The notes under the pieces were generated by a model. It worked only from the letters and a program-made list of their open reading frames with translations, had not been told where the DNA came from and did no database searches. DNA of 64,000 nucleotides from Azolla caroliniana. Taxonomy: Eukaryota > Plantae > Polypodiophyta. Location: assembly GCA_043228905.1 (NCBI GenBank), contig JBHGNT010000004.1, positions 6,448,001 to 6,512,000 on the forward strand, read 5' to 3'. The position numbers were made by a program, and so were the translations under genes. Each line of letters starts with the position of its first letter. Position 1 is the stretch's first letter. Positions 1-10,985 of this stretch are shown piece by piece.

Positions 1-3000
1 ATTTCCAATAATGTTTTTGGGAAATGTGGAGAAACTCGCATTATTCTCGAAAGAACACCATAGGTTCTTTTGTTCTTTTATATGCACTTTGATCAATCAC
101 CCTATTAGGTGCAGAAGTTGTGATATTTTCCATGTCTTTTCCCCCTCACCCTTTTTACAATAAATATAAAACATGAACATCATCAAATACACTGGACAAT
201 GAGGATAAACTATCAAATGGCCTATTCTTACATAATTATAAATTCATACAAAGTATTGTGAGGACACTAACTTGTTTGCATGTCATTGAGCATTGGAGCA
301 ATAGATAAATATTAATCTCGAGATTAATCCAATAAATTACACATGCTTGACTTAGGCCCTCCAACCCTATTAGATATAATTGTCATAAAGGAACATTTAA
401 CCCCCATTAATAACATTTCGACTAATTGATCATATGACTATTATTGCATAGATATTCGCTAATCCAATTGACAAAGAGACATTTGTATGTTGTCTTGGGG
501 AGTCATTTATTGAATCTATTGTTTTTCTTTTCTAGAATGAATGACACATTGGTGCTAGGATTGACATAGCACCATGTCTACACACTTTTTAACCAATAAA
601 TTCTATTGTCACATTGGAGAGGGTTAGTGATGATGTGGGGCTCAAAAACCTGTCAAATGATAACCTATTAAAAACCCACGCTTTGTTGTTCTCCTTGGAG
701 ATACACATATTTGTTCAAATTAGAGGTTAAAACAAAGAGCCTCTTAACTTAGCTTCTATAAAATGTTGGAATATTCATGATATACGTAAAACAAATTTCT
801 AAGCATTTACATAAGTCTAGACATTTCCTAAATCAAGAGAAGAACATAATATAAATATGTCTAAAAGCCATGTAAAGCATGAGAAGAACTTCTTGGTCTA
901 AGTGTCGTATGGAATTGTCCATATAATGGTTCAAAGTAAAGTTTGAACATGCAAAATTTGTCTATATTTAGACTAAAGCGAGCATAAAGTAGGGAGATAA
1001 AAACATTTGAAATGCTTTAAGTTTGATTCTTACTTTATTTTCTTAAGAGAAAATTTGCCGCAATACCTCTACTAGTTTGCAAAATTCTCAAAATAATTCT
1101 TGAAAAGAGAGCTCACTCTTTCATTTTCCTCCAAACTTTTAAAACCTCACCGAGTCCTCGTTCCATTTTACTTTTCCAATCCCCACAATGTTTGTCTTTC
1201 TCTTACTTTTTCTCCAAATATATTTAGAGAGGGAGGGAATGTTTGGGTGATTTGGAAGGAGGGATGTGGGAGATTTGTCGGAAGTAGAATTTTGGGAGTT
1301 GGACAAGTGAGAGAGCAATCTAACAATGGGAGGAGAGGTAACTTGTAATTTGTTAATTTACAATATTCTATGAAGTATGCCTTGAGAATTTCATGAACAA
1401 TAATTATGAATATATTGTCTTCGTTGTTGGATCTTAACCATGTAACAAATTTGTGAGCATATAATGGCTATACATCCTTGCATATTCAAAATTTGGATAA
1501 GGTCGATGGCATTCAACTAGAAAATTGTAAGATCATAGTAAGCTTAAGTTGAGCAAAACTCAACTCGCCTTTTATGCACTTCACAAAGTTTGGCATTTAG
1601 CAAGTTTTAATGCCCAATGCCCATCACATATGTATATTTTGTCAATCAAAGTTAGGAAAACCCAACCTTTAAAATCGAATTGCAATTGTTCAAACTTTCA
1701 CAATGGGGTTGATATGCAATTTTGTTGCTTTATGTAAAGTGGATTAAAAGCATTCATGTAACATCGAGTAAAATGTACAATAGTGCAAGTTGCAACCAAT
1801 AAAGAGCAACATCAAACCATATATTTAAAGATATATTGTAGTAGTGTCTACTTCTTTATACCTGCAAGATGTGGACATCTCTATGCTCTCTCAGTACACG
1901 CAAGTGATGTCGTGGTTGTGATACAAAAGGTTCCTTCTACCCATCTCAAGAGTAACAAGTTAGGTATTCATAACAAAACGTATGAATAAATTTGACTCTT
2001 CCAAAAATAACTTTAGTATGGAATTGGTACAATTCAAGCAAATATAAATATGTTTTAGACCATCATTCATGGCATAATGTGTGTGAGTTGAACATAATTT
2101 TATGAATATTTCACGAGATTTGTGCTACACAACATCGATCGTGTTGTATGATGAATGAGAAATATTAGAGTGATATCTGAGGTGGATAAAATTATACGAC
2201 GACATAAATCTATAGAATCATGCTTTATTTATGTGTGAAACATTTATATGTATATGTATTATATACTAGAGTATTATTTTAGTTGTATTGCAATTGATGT
2301 TTACAAAGTTTACACACGCACTATAGGGACATTATATGCTTACAATTAAGTGAACATGTGTACTATTAACTAAACTCACACATATCCGGGCCGGGGGGGG
2401 GGGGGGGGGGTCTCGTTATAATATCAATGATGAAATAAACAAAGTCACATTAGTGTCTAAGGAACCAAGCAAGAGAAGGGGGGGGGGGGGACTTGGGAGG
2501 GGTTCGTTATAATGTTCTTGAATGAAATCCATATTCCTATTCAAATCATTTAAGTGTTTGATGATAAATCGCATGAAAAAGAGACACTCAACACGATAAA
2601 CATGCGCCATTGTTTACTACTTATAATGTTGCACAAATTTTGAGCTTTGATGTCATGGATCAGTTTTCACCATTAAAATATTACACATTATTCTTGCACA
2701 TGAAGTAAGGACTTGAAATGACCTTCGTTTGATTCCCATCACTCATCTACTAATAACTATATTGCTCATAATATTGTCACAATATCGAAAGGTGATGATA
2801 GGAACTTTGTTGTCATATATTATCCAAATATGTGGTGTCTCCTTCGGTTAAACTCTTTACTTGTTTGGTTGATGACAAATTTAGGATAGGTGTTGCATCT
2901 AGGTCAATTAACATTTGTAATATCTTGTATTTTGAAAGTTATAGAGCAAGGAATTACATGTACAACATAATGACTTTATTCATTAGATGGTCTTGGTGTG

Positions 3001-3429
3001 ATCCAACCAAATTGTATCAAAAACACAAATGATGCACTTAGGGGGGGTTTACCTATTTGTAGGCTCATTTTTCATATTCGACGAACCTTCTTAGGAAGGA
3101 TGGATATTTGCAATCCCTAAAAAAGGAGCGGGCAATAGAGTCCCATATAGTGCATCTCATTGAGGATAATGGTAGTCTTGATGGAAAAAAGAACCTTGAG
3201 TGTACATATTTAAGGATATGTTGTTTTTTTTGCTATGAGGGTTGGAATTGGCAAAGATATGCAATAGGGATCTTGCCTCACTACAATGGGACGTTTCTCT
3301 TCTTACGTCATTCTATAATATGCTCTTTTTCCCACCTCTAAGTAGTACTAACACATCGATTATTTGAAGGAAATTTAAGGCCAAGTTATTCAAAGCTTTC
3401 AATGCATTCAAGTGGCTCATTATTATACA

Positions 3430-3780
3430 TAATGCATGGTTTATCTTTTTTTGGCTCTTCGCAAGTATAATATTTGTTTTTAGAGTTATTGATAGTTAAT
3501 TAAGTATGCATGCAAAATTCTTTCAATGCCCTCATAAGCTTTTGTGCATCTCCTAAAGTACCATCTACATACAACAAAAAACATGATATTACATTCCAAA
3601 TGACAATGTCTTCAACAACTTCTCCCTTTACAAATCTGGCAACCATTTGTTCTAATTAATCAATACATAGACCAAATAGTGTTGGTTAGATTTGGCATTC
3701 TTGCTTAACACCAAGGAAAAGAAATGACAAGAATAACAACACTCGATCAACAAATTGCAAAGAAGTGAACTATCTTTCAA
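3430..3780 (-). pseudogene. Highly degenerate LINE (RTE-like) reverse-transcriptase remnant, next to the Copia insertion site
   Basis: Manual minus-strand translation gives GVKQEC..PTLFGLCID*LEQM...FLLYVD...LMRALKEFCMHT*LTIN, matching the LINE RT pattern GVKQGCPLSPTLF...LLYADD; boundaries approximate. Confidence 0.55.
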
Positions 3781-3850
3781 TCGAGAATATACGACAGTGG
3801 GGTAAAACGATCATAATGATACCATTTGTCTATTGGTTTGACATATTTAT

Positions 3851-4409
3851 TGTCAAGAATCGTGACCGGCCACAACCGGCTTCTCGTTCGGATGTTCGGG
3901 TGCAGGGAATGTAAAGTAGAACGCACTCAGATTGAGAGTACGAAAACAGAAATAGCACAAGAGACAGAAACACACGATTTTAACGTGGAAACCCGAAATG
4001 GGAAAAACCACGGGGGTCCACAAATCCCGAGAAACAGAATCACTATGCTAAAAGGAGGAGTACAACTAGAAGCTCCGAGGCAACGGCCTCGAGATTCTAC
4101 TTCGTCAACAGATGGCTACAAAGTTACACACGTTCTCACTCTCACTCACTTACTGTTACACAATTATAGAGGCAACGACCTTCTAAGTAACTTTTTAACA
4201 ATAACTCACCATCCTAACATTATGATTGCCCTAAGTACTTATACTAATACACCTTTTGGGTTATTTACAAGTGTAGCCCATAAGGGCATATTTAGATTAT
4301 TTACAAGTATAGTCTTCCGAGTTGGTTGTCTACACGATTTCGGTTTCAACCTCGGCCGAGTTCCTCATCAACTCGACTCTTCTCTTCCCATCCAGAGGGA
4401 CCTGTAACA
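3851..4409 (-). repeat. 3' LTR of the Copia element
   Basis: Direct repeat of 14330-14903; TG...CA ends; adjacent PPT. Confidence 0.9.
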
Positions 4410-4467
4410 AACTCCCCCTTCACTTCGGCATGGGGTACTACACCAATCTGATCTTTCGTCGACACGT

Positions 4468-5265
4468 TGTCGAGTTTTTACGCAAGTGCGTGAGGAAACG
4501 AGGCGGGACCGCGGGGGTCTCGAACCAAAGAGCAAGCGAGGGAGGAGAAAGAGAGAGAACCGGCTACGCAGGACCGGGGATACACAGGGACACGGCCCTT
4601 CAGCACGGAGAACGCGAACGAACACCGACACAGACAGATGCGAATGACTAAATATATATATTAAGAATATTATGGCTAACACGACTACAACCCTCAATGG
4701 GGCACAGGTTGGTTACAACCGAACAGGCCGGCGAACAGATGCCGATGCCTGTTCGCTTCGACGCACAAAGGGGTAGCCGGTCGGAGGTGCTGCCGGAAGC
4801 ACTCGGGCGTTCCTCGAAACAGCGCAAGCCTCCTCGGAACCCTGCACAGAAAGCTCTGGAGCTCAAGAAGGAAGGAAACAGAGCGAGAGAGAAGCGTCCA
4901 GAAATGGTCCGATAGCACTTCGTCCTCTCTGCGCGAGATCCCTGCAATAGCTCTTTCCTGCTCCTTATATAGGCCGACGAGCAGGCCGTCATGTCAGCTC
5001 TATTCCCTGTCCCTTTTGGACAGGGATTCCCTTCGTCCTTCACGCATCCGCGTAGTTACGCCGCCGACTCGTACAGTCCCTTCGCTCGCGCGCGCCACCG
5101 AAAAGACTGTTCGCGCGGTCTTTGTCTCCACTCGTGTTAGGGCCCGTTCCCGCCGATTATCCTCCTAATTCGCTTCTATGTACAACTCGGAGCGTGCGCG
5201 CGTGAAGAACCGGTTCCCACGCCTTGGTGCGCCGATTCCGCCTATGGACGGTTTTCTTCACGACA
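4468..5265 (-). repeat. Gypsy 3' LTR (TATA-like CTATATAA on minus strand near 4965)
   Basis: Near-identical to 10986-11783; TGTCG...CGACA termini. Confidence 0.95.
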
Positions 5266-5336
5266 TCCGCCCCCACCTAACCGTGCATCCTCCGGTATGC
5301 ACCAAGAGAGTTGGGACGGAGAAAACCGGCCCGTCT

Positions 5337-8300
5337 TCATTTCTCGCCCGTCGGTTCTTCCTCGTTTTCGGATCTTTCGTCACTGCTGACTAGGAGAGCT
5401 GGGTCGGGCTCGTCGTCGTGCCGCTTCTTGAACGCTTTGATCCGCTTCCCTGCAACCGGTATCGCCATTCTCGTGCCGTCGAGTTCCGCCAGGTGATATG
5501 TCCCGTTGTCATTGGCGCTCCGTACCACGTAAGGCCCGAACCACCTTCGTGCGAACTTCCGTGTAGCTCGGTGCTGGTTGTCGAGGCTGCTGTCGTAGAC
5601 GAGCACCCAGTCACCTTCGTCGATTTTCTTCGGTCGGAGCCGGTGCGTTCGGTCGAACCGGGCTTTGTTCTTTGTCCTCGCCACCCGGAGCTTCTCCGCA
5701 GCCAGTGCCACGTCCTCCGGTCTCCGCTCGAGCTGTCGTATACGTGCGGCCAACAACTCCTCTCGGCTCATTTCGTCCCTCCAGTCGACCGTTGCCCACG
5801 AGGAGATCGTCCGTTCTATCGGCATGATCGGCTTCTGGCCGAACATGAGCTCCGTCGGCATGTACCCGGTTACCGAGCTGTGCGTGGTCCGGTCTGCCCA
5901 CAAAGCATAAGGTAGCAGCCGCGGCCAGTTTCCGACTTGGCCTCTGCATGCTCGAACCAGCGCCTTGACGATCGGTCCGTGTCCGCGCTCCACCTTTCCA
6001 TTCGCCTCCGGATTGTACGCAGTGGTGAGCGAGAGCTTGACTCCCAGCCGGTCGAACAGCTCCGCGGCTTCTTCGGCGTCCAACTCCCCTCGGTCAGCCA
6101 CAATCTTCCCGACGCACCCGTACCGGCACATCACGTCCTCGATTAGGAACCGACATACGGCCGCGGTCGTTTTGTTCGGAAGGGCCCGGCCTTCCACCTG
6201 GTTCGTCAGATCCTCCCGTGCTAGGACCAGGTACCGCATCTGTCCTACCCCCATTGGCATCGTCACCAGATCTACCATCCATTTGAAGTGGATGGTCGGA
6301 GGGTACGTAGGGTGAAGCTCGTCCCGGTGTCGGACCACGGAGTGCATCTGACAGCTCTCGCAAGTTGTCACTAATCGGTGCACGTCCTGGTACAGTCCCG
6401 GCCACCAGTACTTCTCCTTTATCTTCTCGAACGTGGCCCAAGTTCCACGGTGTCCGGCCCAAGGGCTGTCGTGGTAGGCCGTCAACAGCTCCTCCTGTTC
6501 TTCCTTCATCGCCACCACCCGGGGCGGAGCGCCGTCCCTCTTCTTCGGGTGTTTCCATAGATAGCCGTCCCGGAGAAAGAACCGGTACGCTTTCTTCCGG
6601 ATCCGGTTGGCCTCGTCCTTCGTCCATGACGCATCGGGCGTCATTGTCTTCAAAAACCCACCGATCTGCAGCCACTCCCCGTCGTACTTGCTCGCGTCGA
6701 AGTCGTTAAGCGCCGGAGTGCTTGTCCCGTCGGTTGTTACATACGCAGTCTCGAAGAAGTCCACGCCGACCTCTTCGTCCTCCGAAACCATGCCGCCCTC
6801 GTCATCGAATCTCGCCCTTGAAAGCATGTCGGCCATGGCGTTGTCTTTCCCGGAAATGTGTCGTATTTCCGGGTCCAGGGACTTGATGTACGCTATCCAC
6901 CTGAGCATTGCCAGGTCCGGCGTCGCGCATCCGGAAACCATGCCGAGAATCGGCATGCAATCCGTCTCTATGATTACCTCTGTCCCGATCAGATAGTCCT
7001 TGTCGGCCTTCACCGCCGAAATGATACCCCAGAGTTCGCGTTTAACCTGGGCGTATCCTCGCTGCCGTTCGCTGAGGACCTTCGCGCCGAATCGGATCGG
7101 AAACCGATCGCCGTCCCCGTCTTCTTGGTTGACGACCCATCCGATTCCGGTCGGACTCGTGTCAACCGTTATGTACACTGGGGTGCCCTTCCTGTAGACG
7201 GCCTTTCGGAGCGCCGGTGCTGCCGAAAGAGCCTCCTTCAGCTTCCGGACCGACTCCGTGTGCTTGTCTAGCCATTCGAATCTTCGCCCTTTTTTCAATA
7301 ATCCGTACAGCGGCTCCGCGACGTGCGCGTAATGCGGGATCCATATGTGGTAGAAGGCGCATGCCCCCAAGAATCTTCGTACTTCCGTGACCGAGCTGCA
7401 ATCAGGCTTCATCGCGGAGATGGCTTCTACCTTTGCCGGAGACGGTCTCCGGCCGTACGGTCCACATAAATGTCCGACCACCATGATTTCCGACTGCCCG
7501 AACGCTGACTTCTCCCCCGAGAAGGTGAGCCTCGCATCCTCTAGCCTTTGCAGCACCTTCTCGCAGTCGTCGATGTGCGTCACCACGAATCGCCGGCATC
7601 CGTCCGGCCCGATCGTCTCGTCCTTCTCTTCTACCGGGCATCCCTTGATCGGGATGTCGTCTAGAAACGGCATGGTGATGTCCGGGATGCAGTCCCTCAG
7701 CACCTTGTTCATTGCATTCACCATGTGGGCCACCGAGTTGGTCCCTCCTTGCGGCAGCGTACACATCCGCACTAGGCCGAGGGGAGTTCGCATCGTCGTA
7801 ATGTCTTTGCTCTCCACGGCTAGCTGGAACTGGTCGTACCCTGAGTATAGATCACCGACCGAGTAAATCGACCTTCCGGCGAAGGCCTCCGCGAACTCGT
7901 CTATGGTCGGTCCGATCCCTGCGTTCCGAATGGTCACCCTATTGACCGGTTGCAAGTCCTGAATGAAGCGCAATGATCCGTTTTTCTTCGGTACCGTAAA
8001 CCACCGGTTCGAGTACGGGGCGCTCGACGGCTCGAGAATGCCCATATCGACTTTCTGCTTCAACAGCTCCATCAACTTCGGGATGTGAGCTCTCGGAACC
8101 GGAATTGGCTTGAGATTCCACGGTACATGCGGTACCGTGAATATCACCATCGGCTCTACGATCGTCGGGTCTACGCACCCGATTTCCTCCGGTGAGAATG
8201 CGAAGGCTTTCCCGTGCCTTCCGAGCATCCTCCGAAACCGGTCTTCCTCCGCCGGTAGTAGGAACCCGCCCCCACCGATCTTCAGCTCGCGGAGCGTCTC

Positions 8301-8822
8301 GTTGGTGAAGGTGTGTCCTATGCAGGCCGGATCTCGTAAGCTGGGGTCCGATGCAACCCCTTTGATTCGGGATTCGCTGCCCTCCGGTAAGGGCGCCGCA
8401 ACTGGCCTCACCTTCCGGTCCACAGTCTTGTACTTGGTGCTAACTTGGGCCGTCCGTTCCGACTCGAGCCCTCGACCGAAGTCCGCGATGACTTCGTACA
8501 TTTCTTCGGAACATACCGGTATTGTCCGGTCTTCGATAAGGTCTTCTTCGACTACCTTCCCCAGCATTCCCAAGGTGTCGTCGAAGGAGACTGCCTCCAC
8601 GGCTCCGTTGATTCCTTCGTCAGGGCCGAGAACTCCGCACGCTCGAAGTCTCCCCTCCGTCTTTGTTTTCTCTCGGCCGGCGATGCCGACCATCGCACAT
8701 GCTCCGCTGCCGGAGAAGCAAAATTTCCTACCTATTGTACACGGTTTTATCGTACAGATGTGGGGTTTTTCCGGAGCATCCGGACTGTCGCGGCCCCACG
8801 CCTTGGCAGTCCTCTCTAAAAA
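5337..8822 (-). CDS. pol: Gypsy pol (RT-RNase H-integrase); frame is open from the slippery site at about 8822, first ATG at 8693
   Basis: 1118-aa ORF with RT DLYSGYDQ and PFLDD; RNase H VDTS...ELWG...ETD; integrase HHCC (HDSPWAGH...CESCQ), DLV...DRG...ERGH and GPY motif; no chromodomain evident. Confidence 0.93.
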   Translation of the reverse strand, partial: FLERTAKAWGRDSPDAPEKPHICTIKPCTIGRKFCFSGSGACAMVGIAGREKTKTEGRLRACGVLGPDEGINGAVEAVSFDDTLGMLGKVVEEDLIEDRTIPVCSEEMYEVIADFGRGLESERTAQVSTKYKTVDRKVRPVAAPLPEGSESRIKGVASDPSLRDPACIGHTFTNETLRELKIGGGGFLLPAEEDRFRRMLGRHGKAFAFSPEEIGCVDPTIVEPMVIFTVPHVPWNLKPIPVPRAHIPKLMELLKQKVDMGILEPSSAPYSNRWFTVPKKNGSLRFIQDLQPVNRVTIRNAGIGPTIDEFAEAFAGRSIYSVGDLYSGYDQFQLAVESKDITTMRTPLGLVRMCTLPQGGTNSVAHMVNAMNKVLRDCIPDITMPFLDDIPIKGCPVEEKDETIGPDGCRRFVVTHIDDCEKVLQRLEDARLTFSGEKSAFGQSEIMVVGHLCGPYGRRPSPAKVEAISAMKPDCSSVTEVRRFLGACAFYHIWIPHYAHVAEPLYGLLKKGRRFEWLDKHTESVRKLKEALSAAPALRKAVYRKGTPVYITVDTSPTGIGWVVNQEDGDGDRFPIRFGAKVLSERQRGYAQVKRELWGIISAVKADKDYLIGTEVIIETDCMPILGMVSGCATPDLAMLRWIAYIKSLDPEIRHISGKDNAMADMLSRARFDDEGGMVSEDEEVGVDFFETAYVTTDGTSTPALNDFDASKYDGEWLQIGGFLKTMTPDASWTKDEANRIRKKAYRFFLRDGYLWKHPKKRDGAPPRVVAMKEEQEELLTAYHDSPWAGHRGTWATFEKIKEKYWWPGLYQDVHRLVTTCESCQMHSVVRHRDELHPTYPPTIHFKWMVDLVTMPMGVGQMRYLVLAREDLTNQVEGRALPNKTTAAVCRFLIEDVMCRYGCVGKIVADRGELDAEEAAELFDRLGVKLSLTTAYNPEANGKVERGHGPIVKALVRACRGQVGNWPRLLPYALWADRTTHSSVTGYMPTELMFGQKPIMPIERTISSWATVDWRDEMSREELLAARIRQLERRPEDVALAAEKLRVARTKNKARFDRTHRLRPKKIDEGDWVLVYDSSLDNQHRATRKFARRWFGPYVVRSANDNGTYHLAELDGTRMAIPVAGKRIKAFKKRHDDEPDPALLVSSDERSENEEEPTGEK

Positions 8823-8825
8823 TCC
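8760..8825 (-). promoter_or_regulatory. Candidate programmed -1 ribosomal frameshift signal (G GAU UUU plus pseudoknot)
   Basis: Slippery heptamer immediately before the gag UAG; downstream GGACUG/CAGUCC stem whose loop GUGGGG can pair with CCCCAC; the -1 frame is the open pol frame. Confidence 0.75.
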
Positions 8826-10942
8826 TCTCGGCTTTCGGAACCGAGGGAGTCGCGGTTACGTTCGTGGTTCGGCCGTACCGTCAGAAACTGGACCGAATGG
8901 CGCCCGTCTTGGCTTTTGACCCTCGCGTAGGCCGAACCATTGTCCAGCACCTTGGTCTCCATTCGCGCCGCCGTGATGTACGGCTCTCCCAGTATGACCG
9001 GATGCGAAGACGTCTCCTGCACGAAGAAGTGCTGGTCAATCTCGACGTCGCCGATCTTGACTCGCACATTCGGACAGGCCCCGTGCAGTTCCTCGGTGGC
9101 GCGCGTTGCTGCCCTTATTTTCCACCCGTGCTTGGTGTTGATCGGCCATTTGCCCTTCTTATAGAAGTCCATGGACATCAAATTGATCTCCGATCCGTGG
9201 TCCACCAAAGCTATCACCGGTTCCTGGACATCGCCGATCTTCACCGGGGTTTCCGTGGTCGCTCGGGCCCAGTGTGGTCTCGAATAGTGGCTTTCCGCCC
9301 ACTCGTCTCCCAGCGCCATGTCGTCTAGGTGCGTTGTCCGCACTTCCACCGGTCTTTCCGGTTCTGTCCCCGTTGACAGCCTCTTCCGTTTTACCAAGTC
9401 CACGATGGAGTCGTGGAACTCCATCTTGGCGATTCCCAGCACCTCTCGTAACGACAGCTCCACCTTGCTGTCGAGGATCCGTTCCTCCAGGACCTTTCGT
9501 AAGTCCGTGGTCCTTTCTATCTCCGTCCCCAGACGGTACCCGCCCTTCTGGGGTTTATCTTGCGTACCGGCCCCGCCGGCTTCGTCCCGTCGTGGCCCGG
9601 ACCGGGTCTCGTATCGTTGTGAGGGCCCGGTCGTCCCGGGTTTCCCCACCCGCTTCTCTTCTACCAGAGCCTCGTAGTTCCGGCAAGCGGCTTCCACGAA
9701 GCCCGTCTTTTCCTCGACCGGGTCGCTCCACCCGGTCATCTCCCGTACCCGTTTCTCCGCACGGTCCGATTCCTCCCTTTTAAGCCCTGCACCGGCAAGG
9801 CCTTCTAGCATCGTCGGCCAGAATCCGGCTTTGCTTTCCTTTCGGGCCTCGCCGCCCCCGACCCGAATGCCGGCCGACGCCGAGTAGTGGACGGTTTCCG
9901 CGTGTCGGGCCGCCGCCTCTTCCATCACCCTTTTCATACCACCTCGCCCGTCGTTTCGGCTCAGGGCCCTTCGGGTGTCGCTGTCATGCACCCGTCCTTC
10001 CCACAGGTACACCACCCTGTTCCTCAGCGCCTCCGCGAAATCGCCGCAGTCCTTCCGAATGTGGCCGACTTCATCGCACCACATGCACCTGTTTCCTGCC
10101 GCCGGCCGTCGGTCACGAGCCGGTTCGCCTCCTTCCCTTCGGGCCTGCGCGATTTGGAGGTCCTTTATCGCCTTCGTCAATTCCTCCAGCGCCGCTCCTC
10201 CGGTTGAGCCTCTGACTACGCCGGCCGAAGCCGAACCAGTTTCCAACCACTCTCGGGTCTCTTCCTTTCGCACCTGTGGCGCTGGTTCGAGCTTCCTCGC
10301 TGCGACCGAGCCCGACCCGGTTGCCCCGTTATCCGCCCATTCTCGCCGTTTGTCGAAACGGCCACAGACCTTCCTGACAGCCGCCCAGTCGGTAGTGAGC
10401 CCGTCTTCGGTTTCCAGCAAGAGGCCCACTTGCTCCCGATCCCGCTCGTCGACCGACTTGACGAACAGCAAGACCCGGCTCGTGTCCAGGATGGTTCGGT
10501 CGAGCGCCGAAAGGCGCGCAAAGTTTTCCTCGAACTCCCGGAGGAGTGCCGACGCGTTTCTTCCCTTCCCCGGGGACTCCACCCATTCCATGAACCTTCG
10601 CTTCGAAAGCCGGAGCGCGTCGTCCAGCCCGTATTTCTCTAGGAGCCGACCTTCGAACTCCTCCCAGGTACGGCTCTCCGTCCGCACCTCGAGCACCTCC
10701 GCATGGATGCTCGGCATCGCCACTCGGGGAAATCTGGCAAGACGCCTTTCTTCCGGAATGTCCCGCATCAGCATCTCTGCACCGTAGGACGCCAAATACC
10801 TCGTGGCATCCTTCCCATCGAACCGGCCGATTGTGCCGACGACCGCCTCAATAGCTCTGTCGAGGGCACCGGTGCCCTCGCGCGCGTTTACAATCCGATC
10901 CACGGCCGAAGCCATGGCCTCTGCAAGATCCGACCCCCTCAT
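8816..10942 (-). CDS. gag: Gypsy gag-protease ORF
   Basis: First ATG after the PBS at 10942; zinc knuckle CMWCDEVGHIRKDC; aspartic protease ALVDHGSEINLM...ILGEPY. Confidence 0.88.
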   Translation of the reverse strand: MRGSDLAEAMASAVDRIVNAREGTGALDRAIEAVVGTIGRFDGKDATRYLASYGAEMLMRDIPEERRLARFPRVAMPSIHAEVLEVRTESRTWEEFEGRLLEKYGLDDALRLSKRRFMEWVESPGKGRNASALLREFEENFARLSALDRTILDTSRVLLFVKSVDERDREQVGLLLETEDGLTTDWAAVRKVCGRFDKRREWADNGATGSGSVAARKLEPAPQVRKEETREWLETGSASAGVVRGSTGGAALEELTKAIKDLQIAQARREGGEPARDRRPAAGNRCMWCDEVGHIRKDCGDFAEALRNRVVYLWEGRVHDSDTRRALSRNDGRGGMKRVMEEAAARHAETVHYSASAGIRVGGGEARKESKAGFWPTMLEGLAGAGLKREESDRAEKRVREMTGWSDPVEEKTGFVEAACRNYEALVEEKRVGKPGTTGPSQRYETRSGPRRDEAGGAGTQDKPQKGGYRLGTEIERTTDLRKVLEERILDSKVELSLREVLGIAKMEFHDSIVDLVKRKRLSTGTEPERPVEVRTTHLDDMALGDEWAESHYSRPHWARATTETPVKIGDVQEPVIALVDHGSEINLMSMDFYKKGKWPINTKHGWKIRAATRATEELHGACPNVRVKIGDVEIDQHFFVQETSSHPVILGEPYITAARMETKVLDNGSAYARVKSQDGRHSVQFLTVRPNHERNRDSLGSESREDF

Positions 10943-10964
10943 CTTCTGCTCTTCTGCCGCCTCT

Positions 10965-10982
10965 TTCACGTCGGGTTCACCA
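10965..10982 (-). promoter_or_regulatory. Primer-binding site complementary to the tRNA-Trp 3' end
   Basis: TGGTGAACCCGACGTGAA 3 nt inside the 5' LTR; matches the plant tRNA-Trp end ...TTCACGTCGGGTTCA-CCA as recalled, not searched. Confidence 0.8.
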
Positions 10983-10985
10983 AGA

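Noticed and set aside
1100-1350. Pyrimidine-rich then purine-rich symmetry around about 1221 suggesting an old foldback element
   Set aside because: Arms too degenerate; no TIR or TSD definable
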